In this document: one piece after another, positions 19,309-30,192 of the stretch
How positions within the stretch are numbered: position 1 is the stretch's first letter
Layout of the letters: every line of letters starts with the position of its first letter
Assembly (NCBI GenBank): GCA_029560465.1
Contig: JAKQKX010000045.1
Location: 280,260 to 344,259, forward strand
Reading direction: 5' to 3'
From: Candidatus Omnitrophota bacterium
GTDB lineage: Bacteria > Omnitrophota > Gorgyraeia > Zapsychrales > JANLHA01
DNA: 64,000 nucleotides
The notes under the pieces: model-generated
Seen by the model: only the letters and a program-made list of their open reading frames with translations
Databases searched by the model: none
What the model was told of the DNA's origin: nothing
Made by a program: the position numbers and the translations under genes

Positions 19309-19533
19309 TCATGCGATCTCGACCGTGACATGCTCAATATCATAACGTTCATCCGCCAACCGCCGCATCCGCTGGCAGATATGCCGGCGTTCTTCCACAG
19401 TCAACCCTTCTGTCACTCACCAGCCGGTGCATCCCGTATGTGCGGTGGCAGCAACCCGAACGGTTCGCCAGCATGATCGCCGACAAGCTGATAACGTATG
19501 GGTCAGCACATGGCCGGCGTCGCTGATAAGCAC
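19309..19533 (-). pseudogene. Highly deleted remnant of a cation diffusion facilitator (CzcD/ZitB-like)
   Basis: Frameshifted fragments in correct order: VLISDAGHVLTH, ISLSAIMLANR, VAATAH, VTEGLTVEERRHICQRMRRLADERYDIEHVTVEIA*. Confidence 0.7.
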
Positions 19534-19563
19534 TGGGCGGCGCGCCGGGAGCCTTCCGGCCTG

Positions 19564-20130
19564 TCAGCTCGCGGCGAGCAGGTGTTCCATCAATATTTTT
19601 AAACCCATAAGAATGAGGGCACCCCCGCCCAACAATTCCAGATTGTTTTTAAATAGGCGTCCTATTTTATGACCCAGCAGGAACCCCCCATACGACAAAA
19701 CAAACGTGACGCAGCCTATCACAATAACGGGAAGAATAACCGCCACCCGAAGCATCGCAAAACTAAACCCGACAACCAACGCGTCGATGCTGGTCACCAA
19801 AGACAGTCCGGCCAAAACTTTTAAGCTGATAACCGGGCACCGCGCCTCCCACTCCTCAATCTTAACGGCCTCATAAATCATTTTCCCCCCGATGACGGAC
19901 AAAAGCCCGAATGCCAGCCAGTGGTCAACAGGGGCGACATACGGCTGCCAGCGCACCCCGGCCGCCCACCCGGCGACCGGCATAATCATCTGGGACAAGC
20001 CGAAGCTGGCCCCGAATTTAAACGCGTTAAAATGGCGTTCTTTCTGATTCACAACGCCGCAGGCCATCGACACCGCCAAAGCATCCATAGAAAGCCCGCA
20101 GGCAATAATAAATATTTCGGTAAACGTCAT
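19564..20130 (-). CDS. mntP: Manganese efflux pump MntP family
   Basis: GLSMDALAVS, FG--Q--MP--GW, VDHW, TSIDAL-VG. Confidence 0.93.
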   Translation of the reverse strand: MTFTEIFIIACGLSMDALAVSMACGVVNQKERHFNAFKFGASFGLSQMIMPVAGWAAGVRWQPYVAPVDHWLAFGLLSVIGGKMIYEAVKIEEWEARCPVISLKVLAGLSLVTSIDALVVGFSFAMLRVAVILPVIVIGCVTFVLSYGGFLLGHKIGRLFKNNLELLGGGALILMGLKILMEHLLAAS

Positions 20131-22943
20131 AACGTCCCGCTCAACAAAGCCACCGGTAAAGAATTGAAAATATCCCGGAGAAACAACTTGCCGGGATTGT
20201 CCTTGTGTTGCCCCGTCAAAACATTCTGAAAGTCACGCGGACTGCCCGCCGGCATAATAACATGGGTATTCTGCCAGGCCTGTTCCCCCAAAGGCATGGA
20301 ATCCGGCCCGCAGACACGGGTTAAAAACCGCGGCGCCACGGTCACGCTCCAAGCCCCGTCAAGAACCCTGGCAAACGCGATCACGCTATCCGCGTGATGG
20401 CCCGCCGAGGAGAGCGGGAGATACTCTCCCTGCTCAAAAACGGCCCTCCGCCGACCCCGTTCCTTTAACACCGTCCAAATCATCCACAATTTGATTTTTC
20501 CCGTGCTGCTTTCAAAAAGCAGGTCTCGGGACACGGCCTCCCTCCCCCGAACTCCGGCCTCCTGTTCGATTTCCCGAAGGAAGGCTTCCCGGCGGTCAAA
20601 ATCAACGTCCCTGCGGTTATCCGGATCCACGAGCCAGAGGTCCCACAATTCCGACCCTTGATAAAAATCCGGAATTCCCGGGCACGTCATTTTAAGCAAA
20701 CATTGGGACAAAGAATTAAAAACGCCGTAATGCGCGATGCGCCGCTGAAACTCCAGGAAATCCGGCCAGAACGGATCCGGCCCCTTGTCATCAAGAAGCC
20801 TGTCCACAAAGTCCAGGCACGCGGCCTCATACTCGCTGTCCGGCTTGATCCAGGCGGTATGCACTTTCGCTTCCCTCACCGCCTTGATGACATACGCCTT
20901 CATCCGCGCTTTGAAAAAATCCATGTCCAGCGGGGCGAACGGAAACGCACCCAACAGGGTCTGGTAAATAAAATATTCATCATTCGCATCCGGGATCAGC
21001 CGCCCGCCCTGCTTATGTTTCTTAGCCCGGTTCCATTTTCTCCACCGGGCCAAAGCCTCTTCCCAGTCCTCAGGGATTTCAGACAGGACATGAATCCGGG
21101 CCCGGACATCCTCGCCCCTTTTAACGTCATGGGTGGCCGTCGCGTTCATCGCATGAGGGAACATGCCCTGGCGTTTCTGGTTAAAATCATGAAAATCGTT
21201 GAGCGAAAGCCCGAACAGCCCGGGGTCTCCGCCGACCTCATTCAAGGCGATCAACCTATTGTAGGTATAAAACATCGTGTCCTCAAACCCTTTGGCCATG
21301 ATCGGGGCGGTCAACTGCTGGAACTTCATGATAAATTGCCAGAAATCGTCTTGTTCTTCCGGGCTGAGTTGCGGGATCACATCCAACATTAAAAAACGTT
21401 CAATAAAATAAATTTCATACCACAACCCCGGCGCGTTCCAGCCGGCTTTCTTGATAGCCCGGCCGATCATTTTTTTATCCTGTTCGGAAAAAACGTCCCG
21501 GCGGATATACGTCCGGTAAACCGGGAAATAACTCATCAGTTCCACAAGGGCTCGCCGGAGCCCGTAAAGGGTGATGTCCCGGCCGTACCGGTCCCGGCTC
21601 GCCACTTTTTTCATCAAATACGCAAGGTTGTCGATGTCTCCGGCCATGTGTTTGCCGATGATGAGGCGTTTCTTGGCCACGACCAGCTCTTCGTAAGTCC
21701 CGGCCGGCTTGGTAAACCGGGAGTATATTTTGTTAAACTCTTTTTCCTCGGCGCGGCAGCAGAACACCCCGTTGACGGCGTTCAAGAAATCATAGCCGGT
21801 TGTCCCGGCCACCGGCCAGTCGGCAGGCAAGGTTTCCCCTCGTGAAAGGATCTTCTCCACCGAGATATAAACCGCGCTTCCAGCCTTCTGCCGGACCCTG
21901 TGCACATATCCCAGCGGGTCATAAAGCCCGTCGATATGATCAACGCGCAGGCCGTGCACATGGCCTTCTTTAACCAATTTCAGGATAAACGCGTGCGTGG
22001 CGTCAAAGACATCCGGCTTTTCAACCCGGACGGAAATCAGGTCATTCACCGTGAAGAACCGGCGGTAATTCAATTCCTCTGAAGCGACTTTCCAGAAGGA
22101 AAAACGGAAACACTGCTCCAGGAGAAGCTCATCCAAAGCCTGAAAGCTCTTCACGTCCCCCCGGCAGCCATTCATCATCCGGATATTCTCATCCAGGAAA
22201 GCTTTGATCGCCGGAACCGCCGCGTAAAGTTCCCAGAGGGAATTCTTCGCAAACGCCAGGCGGTCGTATCCGTCGAGTTCTTCGGGAGGCCTTGAAAAAA
22301 GGTCGGCCACTCCACAATACTTGGTCATCTCCTCCGAGCCCTTTCCCAAAGCGTCCTCCAGGCGGCCCAAATCGCACATCAACACCTTTTTATAAGAGGA
22401 ATAATATAAAGGGAAACTGTGGTCGTAATACCGCAGCTTGAATCCGTCCTGCGCATAAGACAGTTGAATTTCCCCCTCTTCCAGGGCTTCGGAATAAAAC
22501 CGCCCTAAAAACGGCGCCAGGATCCGGCCATGAAGATTTTCATAAATATGCGCCCAATTCACGTCAAAAAAATTGTAGTAAAGCGAGTGTCCCCTCTTTT
22601 CAAAAACGTCCATCAATAAACGGTTTTCCGGGTCATAGGCCATATGATTAGGGACGATATCCTGAATCCAGAACAACCCGTGCCTTTGCCTCTCCTGGGA
22701 AAGCGCCGCGAAGTCCGCGTCCGTTCCCAGTTCAGGATTCAGGCTGTTGGGGTCAACAACATCATAGCCGTGCGGGCTCCCTTTCCTAGCTTTAAAAATC
22801 GGAGAGGCGTACAGGTCGGAAATCCCTAGCCCGGCCAGATAGGCCAGCCGGGCCCGCGCAGCGGAAAACCCGAACGAAGGGGTAAACTGCAATCTGTACG
22901 TCGCCACAGGGATGTGCGGGCCAGCGGGGACATCAGGTTTCAT
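20127..22943 (-). CDS. treY: Malto-oligosyltrehalose synthase
   Basis: PVATYRLQF, GSPHGYDV, DIVPNHM, GLRVDHIDGL, THDVKRGED. Confidence 0.96.
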   Translation of the reverse strand: MKPDVPAGPHIPVATYRLQFTPSFGFSAARARLAYLAGLGISDLYASPIFKARKGSPHGYDVVDPNSLNPELGTDADFAALSQERQRHGLFWIQDIVPNHMAYDPENRLLMDVFEKRGHSLYYNFFDVNWAHIYENLHGRILAPFLGRFYSEALEEGEIQLSYAQDGFKLRYYDHSFPLYYSSYKKVLMCDLGRLEDALGKGSEEMTKYCGVADLFSRPPEELDGYDRLAFAKNSLWELYAAVPAIKAFLDENIRMMNGCRGDVKSFQALDELLLEQCFRFSFWKVASEELNYRRFFTVNDLISVRVEKPDVFDATHAFILKLVKEGHVHGLRVDHIDGLYDPLGYVHRVRQKAGSAVYISVEKILSRGETLPADWPVAGTTGYDFLNAVNGVFCCRAEEKEFNKIYSRFTKPAGTYEELVVAKKRLIIGKHMAGDIDNLAYLMKKVASRDRYGRDITLYGLRRALVELMSYFPVYRTYIRRDVFSEQDKKMIGRAIKKAGWNAPGLWYEIYFIERFLMLDVIPQLSPEEQDDFWQFIMKFQQLTAPIMAKGFEDTMFYTYNRLIALNEVGGDPGLFGLSLNDFHDFNQKRQGMFPHAMNATATHDVKRGEDVRARIHVLSEIPEDWEEALARWRKWNRAKKHKQGGRLIPDANDEYFIYQTLLGAFPFAPLDMDFFKARMKAYVIKAVREAKVHTAWIKPDSEYEAACLDFVDRLLDDKGPDPFWPDFLEFQRRIAHYGVFNSLSQCLLKMTCPGIPDFYQGSELWDLWLVDPDNRRDVDFDRREAFLREIEQEAGVRGREAVSRDLLFESSTGKIKLWMIWTVLKERGRRRAVFEQGEYLPLSSAGHHADSVIAFARVLDGAWSVTVAPRFLTRVCGPDSMPLGEQAWQNTHVIMPAGSPRDFQNVLTGQHKDNPGKLFLRDIFNSLPVALLSGTL

Positions 22944-24805
22944 GGATGATCCTCCCGATTTTCTGCTTCGTCTTCTCGTCTTTCATAAATAATAAATTGC
23001 CAAGGCCTCAAGGCCAAGGCCTCATGACTGGCGCCGAAGAACTCTTGCGGGGCTGAAGATCCCGGCCCCTGCCACACCATATCAGAGGAATCCAGCTTCT
23101 TGAAGAAACAGCCGGCCGCCCCGGCCTCTTGCGGGGAAACAATTTCTTCCCGCGCTGAAAAATTCATGAAGCAGACAACCCTGCTCTCCTGGGAACTCCG
23201 CACAAGTTGAAGAACGCGCCCGGCAAGGCCAAAAACGGACACGGCCTTCTTGTCGCATTCGCGCAAAGCCGGGACTGTTTTCCGGATTTGAATCAACGCC
23301 TGATAAAAACGAAACATGACCGCGTGACGGCCCACCGAAACCGTGTCCCACCGCAGCCTGGAACGGACGAAGGTGTCTTCGCTCTGTGGATCAGGGACCT
23401 CCCCCCGCCATTGGAAAGCGGCAAACTCTTTTTGCCGCCCTTCCTGAACAGCCCGGATCAGGCTATCGTCGGAATGGCTGACAAAATACTGAAACGGCGC
23501 CTCTTCGGCGTATTCCTCCCCCATAAAAAAGAACGGGATATACGGAGCGGCGCACACCGCCCCCGCCGCGAGTTTAGCCGCCTCAAAAGAAGCCAAATGG
23601 CAAAGCCTCTCCCCCCCCATGCGGTTGCCCACCTGGTCATGGTTCTGCGAGAAAACGACAAATTTATGGCCGGGGATCTCAAGGGACGGGCTCCCGAAAT
23701 ATTTTTTCCGGAATACGGAATATTTCCAGGAATACACGAACCCTTCCCGATAGGCTTTAATCAGGTCTTCCATCCGCCCGAAATCACGGTAATAACCCGA
23801 CTCTTCCCCGGTCACCAGCGCGTGCAGGGCGTGATGGAAATCATCGCACCACTGGGCGTGCATGCCGCACCCGCGCGCGGAAATATCCTCAACAAGGCGC
23901 GTGTCATTAAGATCGCTTTCCGCGATCAGATAAAACGGCCGGCCCGCTTGAGCGGAAAAGGCGTCGAGATGTTCGCGGATTTCCCGGAGAATCGGTTTCG
24001 CGCTGCGGTCATAAATCCCGTGAACCGCGTCCAGGCGCAAGGCGTCCACGTGAAACTCCTTAAACCAGTAAAGCGCGTTACAGATAAAATAGTTCCGCAC
24101 CCCGTCGCTGTCTTCACCGTCAAAATTAACGGCGTCCCCCCAAGGGGTCTGATACCGTCCAGTAAAATAAGGCCCGAACTGCCCCAGATAATTCCCCTCC
24201 GGGCCGAGGTGGTTGTAGACCACGTCGAGGATAACAGCCAGGCCCCGGGCGTGGCATGCGTCAACGAAACGCTTCAAGCCATCAGGCCCGCCGTAACTGG
24301 ACTGCACGGCAAACGGATAAACCCCGTCGTAACCCCAGTTCCTTCCTCCCGGGAACTGCGCGACCGGCATGATCTCAACGGCATTCACCCCTAAATCCAA
24401 AAGATGCGGCAGACGCTTGATGACGCCGTCAAACGTGCCTTCCGGGGAAAACGCGCCGACGTGCAGTTCATAAATAAACATATCCTTGAGCCCGACAAGC
24501 GCCCAGCCCGCGTCACGCCAAGGGAACCCCGCATGGTCCCACACTGCGGACGGGCCATGGACACCCGAGGGCTGGTAAAAGGAGGCCGGGTCCGGCCATG
24601 CCTGGTTTTGATTCATAAGATATTTATAACTCGTCCCCGGAGGCACGCCCTCCACGGTCGCGGCCCAGTAACCGCGGCCTTCCTTCCTCAGAGGAACGGT
24701 CTTTTTGTCCGGAGCGGCCAGCATCACGCTGACACCGTCCTGCCGCGGGGCCCAGACCCGGAACAGACACCGGCCTTCCCCCTGATACAAAGCGCCGATA
24801 TCCAC
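22940..24805 (-). CDS. treZ: Malto-oligosyltrehalose trehalohydrolase
   Basis: RNWGYDG, DVVYNHLGPEGNY, LRLDAVH, QNHDQVGNR. Confidence 0.96.
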   Translation of the reverse strand: MDIGALYQGEGRCLFRVWAPRQDGVSVMLAAPDKKTVPLRKEGRGYWAATVEGVPPGTSYKYLMNQNQAWPDPASFYQPSGVHGPSAVWDHAGFPWRDAGWALVGLKDMFIYELHVGAFSPEGTFDGVIKRLPHLLDLGVNAVEIMPVAQFPGGRNWGYDGVYPFAVQSSYGGPDGLKRFVDACHARGLAVILDVVYNHLGPEGNYLGQFGPYFTGRYQTPWGDAVNFDGEDSDGVRNYFICNALYWFKEFHVDALRLDAVHGIYDRSAKPILREIREHLDAFSAQAGRPFYLIAESDLNDTRLVEDISARGCGMHAQWCDDFHHALHALVTGEESGYYRDFGRMEDLIKAYREGFVYSWKYSVFRKKYFGSPSLEIPGHKFVVFSQNHDQVGNRMGGERLCHLASFEAAKLAAGAVCAAPYIPFFFMGEEYAEEAPFQYFVSHSDDSLIRAVQEGRQKEFAAFQWRGEVPDPQSEDTFVRSRLRWDTVSVGRHAVMFRFYQALIQIRKTVPALRECDKKAVSVFGLAGRVLQLVRSSQESRVVCFMNFSAREEIVSPQEAGAAGCFFKKLDSSDMVWQGPGSSAPQEFFGASHEALALRPWQFIIYERREDEAENREDHP

Positions 24806-24808
24806 GGG

Positions 24809-26755
24809 TCAAACACTCCTCTTTAAAAAAAGCGCGGCTAACGGCGGGATAATCAGGGACAGAGAAAAATATTTCCCCTGCAGGGGGACCGGAGCCGCTT
24901 CCTGGCCGCCAAGATTCCCGTGGCCGCTGCCTCCATATTCTTTAGCGTCGCTGTTTAAAACTTCCCTCCAGAATCCACCCATCGGAATACCCACCTTATA
25001 GTTATTCCGGAGAACTGGCGTAAAATTGCACACAACAAGGACCGGCTCTGCCTGCGCGTCCCCTTTCCGTAGAAAACTGATCACCCCGCGTTCCCAGTCA
25101 AAGCAGTTCACCCACTCAAACCCGTCCGGTGAAAAATCATTCTGGAACAACGCCGGCTCGGTTTTATAAAAATAATTCAGCTCCTTGACCCAGCGCTGAA
25201 GCTGCTGATGGGGCGGCACCGCGCACAGGGCCCAATCCAGCTCGTCCTCATGGTCCCATTCCTTGCGCTGCCCGAACTCTCCGCCCATAAAAAGCAGCTT
25301 CTTCCCGGGATGGCCGGCCATGTACCCGTACAACAGCCTCAAATTGGCAAATTTCTGCCAGTCGTCACCGGGCATCTTTTCCAGCATGGACCTTTTTCCG
25401 TGCACGACTTCATCATGCGAAAAAGCCAGGATAAAATTTTCGCTGAACGCGTACATCATGCTGAACGTCAACTGGTGATGGTGGTATTTCCTAAACAGGG
25501 GGTCCTTGCTGAAATACAGCAATGTGTCATGCATCCACCCCATGTTCCATTTAAAACCAAACCCCAGCCCTCCGACCCAAACCGGGCGGGACACCATGGG
25601 CCAGGCTGTTGATTCTTCCGCGATGACGTGCGTGTCCGGATAGTGCTTATAGACCTCCACATTAAGCCGTTTGATGAAATCGATCGCTTCGATGTTCTCC
25701 CTCCCACCGTACTGATTGGGGATCCATTCCCCTTCCGGTCGGGAATAATCCAGATACAGCATCGAGGCCACGGCGTCAACCCGGAGGATGTCGGCATGAT
25801 ACCTGTCCAGCCAAAACAAAGCGCTGCTGACCAGGAAACTCCGGGTTTCATGCCGGCCGTAATTAAATATAAAAGTCTTCCAGTCCGGGTGGAAACCTTT
25901 TCTCGGATCCGCGTGCTCGAAAAGATTCGTGCCGTCGAAGAAAGCCAGGCCGTGGCCGTCGGATGGAAAATGAGACGGGACCCAGTCCAGGATGACCCCG
26001 AAGCCGCTCTGATGCAACCTGTCTATCAAAAACATTAAATCCTGCGGAACCCCATACCGGCTGGTCGGTGCGAAATACCCGATGGTCTGATACCCCCATG
26101 ACCCGTAAAAAGGGTGTTCCATGAGAGGCAAGAATTCGACATGCGTGAAATTCATATCCTTTAAATATTGGATCAAGGGCCCGGCTATTTCCCTGTAATG
26201 GAGGAAACGGTTATTCTCCTCCGGCACGCGGCGCCAGGACCCGATGTGCATTTCATAAACAGAAATCGGCGCTTGAAGGGAATTAGCCCGCCCGCGATAA
26301 GCCATCCAGCCGCCGTCCTCCCATGGATAGCCGAGATCCCAGACGATAGACGCGGTCCGGGGCGGAATTTCCGAATAAAAAGCGAACGGGTCGCGCTTTT
26401 CCGTCCGGTAAGCGTTGATTTTGGAAACAATACAATATTTATACAAAGCGCCCTGCCCCACGCCCGGGATGAAACCCTCCCATATCCCGGAGCTGTCCCA
26501 CCGCGGGGCCAGCGGATGGCTGGATTCATTCCAGCCGTTGAAATCCCCGATCACCGACACCCGCTGGGCGTTCGGCGCCCAGACCGCAAACAGGGTCCCC
26601 GGAGTGCCCTGATCGCACAATGAATGCGCTCCCAATTTTTCGTAAAGGCGGAAATGGCTGCCTTCCCGGAACAAATAAATATCCTCATCGGTGAGCAGGC
26701 TTATGCCATACCGGGGCTCACCGGACGGAATGCCTTCCGCAGAAAACTTTTCCAT
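24809..26755 (-). CDS. glgB: 1,4-alpha-glucan branching enzyme
   Basis: SWGYQ, DWVPSHF, RVDAVASMLY, AEEST, KWNMGWMHD, SHDEVVHGK. Confidence 0.97.
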   Translation of the reverse strand: MEKFSAEGIPSGEPRYGISLLTDEDIYLFREGSHFRLYEKLGAHSLCDQGTPGTLFAVWAPNAQRVSVIGDFNGWNESSHPLAPRWDSSGIWEGFIPGVGQGALYKYCIVSKINAYRTEKRDPFAFYSEIPPRTASIVWDLGYPWEDGGWMAYRGRANSLQAPISVYEMHIGSWRRVPEENNRFLHYREIAGPLIQYLKDMNFTHVEFLPLMEHPFYGSWGYQTIGYFAPTSRYGVPQDLMFLIDRLHQSGFGVILDWVPSHFPSDGHGLAFFDGTNLFEHADPRKGFHPDWKTFIFNYGRHETRSFLVSSALFWLDRYHADILRVDAVASMLYLDYSRPEGEWIPNQYGGRENIEAIDFIKRLNVEVYKHYPDTHVIAEESTAWPMVSRPVWVGGLGFGFKWNMGWMHDTLLYFSKDPLFRKYHHHQLTFSMMYAFSENFILAFSHDEVVHGKRSMLEKMPGDDWQKFANLRLLYGYMAGHPGKKLLFMGGEFGQRKEWDHEDELDWALCAVPPHQQLQRWVKELNYFYKTEPALFQNDFSPDGFEWVNCFDWERGVISFLRKGDAQAEPVLVVCNFTPVLRNNYKVGIPMGGFWREVLNSDAKEYGGSGHGNLGGQEAAPVPLQGKYFSLSLIIPPLAALFLKRSV

Positions 26756-26802
26756 AACAAAGCTCCTCCCTCAACGAGCCACATCGTATAACCCGCAGGG
26801 CA

Positions 26803-29800
26803 TCACGGGCACGCCTGACTCCGCCCATCGCCCCGGCCTTTGCTCCTGCCCAAAATATGACGAATCCCACGCAAAGGAATGAGCACCCAGTCCGGACGGT
26901 TATTCAGTTCATACCCGAGTTCATACATCGCTTTATCAAGCAAAAAGACATCCAGAAGAGTATCCCGATCCACCTTTTTGCGCGGCAAAATCTGGGTTCC
27001 TTCCAGAGTTTCGAAATAGGACTCGAGAAAAATCTGGCTGACACGGGTATACCAGAAATCAGCACACCACTCCAGAAAAGCGAAATCTTCCTCCCGGACA
27101 GCTTCCTTAAAAAAAAGCGCACCATAAGCCGCGTAATGAAAAGACCGCAGCATCCCGGCCACGTCCCTGAGCGGCGAACGCTTAAGGCGCCGCTCGCTGA
27201 TCGGGCGGAGGAGCTCGCCTTCGAAGTCACTGATGACAAAATCCTTGCCCGTGAAAAGCACCTGCCCCAGATGGTAATCCCCGTGGATCCGGATCTTTTT
27301 AGCGGAAAACTTTGTTTTAAGGATTTGTTTAAACCGGGAATAAATCTGCGGTTCCTCCTCGATGATTGGAGTCGCTTCCCCCTGCGTTTCGACCGGGAGA
27401 TGGCCAATGATTTTTCTCAACAACTTCATCACGCCGCGGGCCTGACTGCCCATGCTTTGATAAACCGAGCGCTGGTAGAGCATTGAAAAGGATTCCGGCG
27501 TAAAATCCGGATGGGCATCCTCCCTGGAAAGGGCGGCGTGCATCTCCCCGGTGCGGCGGCCCAGCATCTGCACCATCTGCACGTACAACGCATCCACAAA
27601 CTCGCCGCATTTTCCCTCCAACAGGGAGGCCCCCTCTGGAGTGTCCGGGCTCTCCTTTAATCGTGCAATATCTTCTTTCCGGGTCAAAATCTTCTCGTAA
27701 AAATGGGTCACGTGATCCAGCGTCAACTGCCAGGCATCCCCCTGATTAGGCGTGTACGACTGCAACAATCCCAGCGTCATGGGTTTTCCTGTGGCAGGGA
27801 TGTACTCCATGGTCCCGGCAAAAGTCGCGATGTGTGGAAATTTGCGGGAAGAGAGATACTTGATCATTTCCGGTTCCGGGTTGATGCCCCCTTCCAGCCT
27901 CCGGAAAAGCTTAAAGTAAAATTTCTGTCCGTAAATCACGGACGTGTTGCTCTGCTCCGCCTTGAGCAACTGCGGAACCGGGGGAACAGACAGGTCCCCC
28001 AGCATGGCATGAAAGGCTTTCCCGGGGAGGAAATGGATCTCATTGTGATGGTGCCGCATCTTTCTTTTCTGCGTCATCCCATGCAAAAGTTCGGCTTGAA
28101 ACCGCTTATCATAAGTCGCATCACACAAATACCCCTTCTCCCCTTTCACAGAAAGAGGGATAATGACGCTCGCGGGGACATCTCGGGACAACGCCTCCCC
28201 TTCAGACGCCCTCAGATACGCCACGGGGAGGAAATAGACCGTTTCCTCCCCCGTGACATACTGGATCGCCAGAAAAAGCAGTTGCGCCTTCACAAAAGAG
28301 TTCGCCATCGGGATGCGCTCTATCACTTTCAATGAACGGATCTTAAGCGCTTTTCCGCCAAACCACCGGCAGGTATTCAGATAGGAAGGCAAAATTTCAT
28401 TTTCAAACCTCCGAAAATTTTTAGAATCAAAAAGGTCTTCCCAGGAATATTCAAGGACCATCTCTTTCTGCCCTTTATGCTTGCGGAATTCCAGCAGGGT
28501 TTCTGATTTCTTCAGCAGCAGCCAATAATGATTGTGCGGCCCCAACGTCAAAACATACGGCGCCTCTTTAATCGGCGGGAAAACATTCTGGCTAAAGACC
28601 TCTTCCGGCACGCAGCCGCTGAATTCTTTTAAATCGATCTCCAGGGATTGGGAAAACCGGGACAAATTAATCACCACAAGAATCCGTTCCGACTGATAAT
28701 GCCGGATGAACACCAGGACCTTATGGTTGTCCGGATGCAGGAATTTGATCCCCCCCCGGCTGAACGCCTTGAATTTACGGCGCATGGCCACGACCCGTTT
28801 CATCCACCATAACAGGGAGGACAGATTCCTTTCCTGCGTTTCCACGTTCACTGTTTCATAATGATATTCTGAATCAATGATGACCGGCAGGTACAGCTGC
28901 TGCGGATTCGTTTTTGAAAAGCCGGCATTGCGGTCCGGAGTCCACTGCATGGGGGTCCTAATGCCGTCCCGGTCGCCGAGATAATGGTTATCCCCCATGC
29001 CGATCTCGTCCCCGTAATAAATAATGGGCGTTCCAGGGAGCGAAAGAAGAAGAATGTTCATCAGCTCGATCTTCTTGCGGTCGTTCATCAGAAGAGGCAC
29101 CAGCCGGCGGCGGATCCCGAGATTAATACGCGCGCGGTCATCTTTAGCGAACGCCCGGTACATATAATCCCGCTCTTCATCCGTGACCATTTCCAGCGTC
29201 AATTCATCGTGGTTGCGCAGGAATATCGCCCATTGGCAGTTTCTGGGAATTTTGGGGGTCTGTTCCAAAATATCCATAATAGGGAAGCGGTCTTCCATCT
29301 GCAGCGCCATATACATCCGGGGCATCAGCGGGAAATGAAACGCCATGTGGCACTCATCCCCTTTGCCGAAATACGCCACAGCGTCCTCCGGCCACTGATT
29401 CGCCTCGGCCAGGAGCATCCTGTTTTTATGCCGGCTTTCCACATGTTTACGCAGCTTTTTTAAAAACGCGTACGTTTCCGGGACGTTCTCGCAAATGGTC
29501 CCCTCCCGTTCAAACAGGTATGGGACAGCGTCAAGGCGGACGCCGTCCACTCCCATCGAGAACCAAAAATCCGCCACCCGCAGAATTTCTTTCTGCACGT
29601 TCAGATTATCGAAATTCAAATCCGGCTGATGCGAATAAAACCGGTGCCAATAATAACTCTGGGCTTTTTCGTCCCACGTCCAATTCGAGGATTCGAAATC
29701 TTTAAAAATGATCCGCGCGTCCTTGTACTTATCTGCGGTGTCGCTCCAGACATAATAATTACGGAAATTGCTCCCCGGGGGAGCTTCCTGCGCCCGCTTA

Positions 29801-30159
29801 AACCAGGGATGCTCAATGGAGGTATGGTTCACGACCAGTTCGCTGATGACACGGAGGCCGCGCACATGGGCTTGCCGGAGGAATTCTTTAAAATCCTTCA
29901 GCGTTCCGTACTGGGGGTGAATATTGTAATAATCCGATATATCATACCCGTCGTCTTTTAACGGAGACGGGTAAAACGGCAGCAGCCAGATCGCCGTCAC
30001 TCCGAGATTTTTCAGGTAATCAAGCTTCGCCGTGAGGCCCCTCAAATCCCCAAAGCCGTCACCGTCACTGTCATAAAACGTCTTGACATGCAGTTGATAA
30101 ATAATAGCATCCTTGTACCATAACGGATCGTTATCAAGGTACGTTCTTGATAGGGGCAT
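26803..30159 (-). CDS. treS: Trehalose synthase fused to maltokinase (TreS-Mak/Pep2)
   Basis: WYKDAIIY, RLDAVPYL, LRNHDELTLEMV; C-terminal kinase EQSNTS, RIHGDYHLGQ, DFEGE, DVAGMLRSF. Confidence 0.96.
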   Translation of the reverse strand: MPLSRTYLDNDPLWYKDAIIYQLHVKTFYDSDGDGFGDLRGLTAKLDYLKNLGVTAIWLLPFYPSPLKDDGYDISDYYNIHPQYGTLKDFKEFLRQAHVRGLRVISELVVNHTSIEHPWFKRAQEAPPGSNFRNYYVWSDTADKYKDARIIFKDFESSNWTWDEKAQSYYWHRFYSHQPDLNFDNLNVQKEILRVADFWFSMGVDGVRLDAVPYLFEREGTICENVPETYAFLKKLRKHVESRHKNRMLLAEANQWPEDAVAYFGKGDECHMAFHFPLMPRMYMALQMEDRFPIMDILEQTPKIPRNCQWAIFLRNHDELTLEMVTDEERDYMYRAFAKDDRARINLGIRRRLVPLLMNDRKKIELMNILLLSLPGTPIIYYGDEIGMGDNHYLGDRDGIRTPMQWTPDRNAGFSKTNPQQLYLPVIIDSEYHYETVNVETQERNLSSLLWWMKRVVAMRRKFKAFSRGGIKFLHPDNHKVLVFIRHYQSERILVVINLSRFSQSLEIDLKEFSGCVPEEVFSQNVFPPIKEAPYVLTLGPHNHYWLLLKKSETLLEFRKHKGQKEMVLEYSWEDLFDSKNFRRFENEILPSYLNTCRWFGGKALKIRSLKVIERIPMANSFVKAQLLFLAIQYVTGEETVYFLPVAYLRASEGEALSRDVPASVIIPLSVKGEKGYLCDATYDKRFQAELLHGMTQKRKMRHHHNEIHFLPGKAFHAMLGDLSVPPVPQLLKAEQSNTSVIYGQKFYFKLFRRLEGGINPEPEMIKYLSSRKFPHIATFAGTMEYIPATGKPMTLGLLQSYTPNQGDAWQLTLDHVTHFYEKILTRKEDIARLKESPDTPEGASLLEGKCGEFVDALYVQMVQMLGRRTGEMHAALSREDAHPDFTPESFSMLYQRSVYQSMGSQARGVMKLLRKIIGHLPVETQGEATPIIEEEPQIYSRFKQILKTKFSAKKIRIHGDYHLGQVLFTGKDFVISDFEGELLRPISERRLKRSPLRDVAGMLRSFHYAAYGALFFKEAVREEDFAFLEWCADFWYTRVSQIFLESYFETLEGTQILPRKKVDRDTLLDVFLLDKAMYELGYELNNRPDWVLIPLRGIRHILGRSKGRGDGRSQACP

Positions 30160-30192
30160 ACGCTTGTCCTTCCGTGTCGGATTTAAGGAGGA

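Noticed and set aside
19293-19530. Chain of short plus-strand ORFs (MIGRGIMRSRP, MLNIITF..., MIADKL...)
   Set aside because: Better explained as the antisense of the CDF pseudogene
19547-19558. 12-mer GGGAGCCTTCCG shared in inverted orientation with about 38303-38314
   Set aside because: Single short match with no extension; chance is plausible
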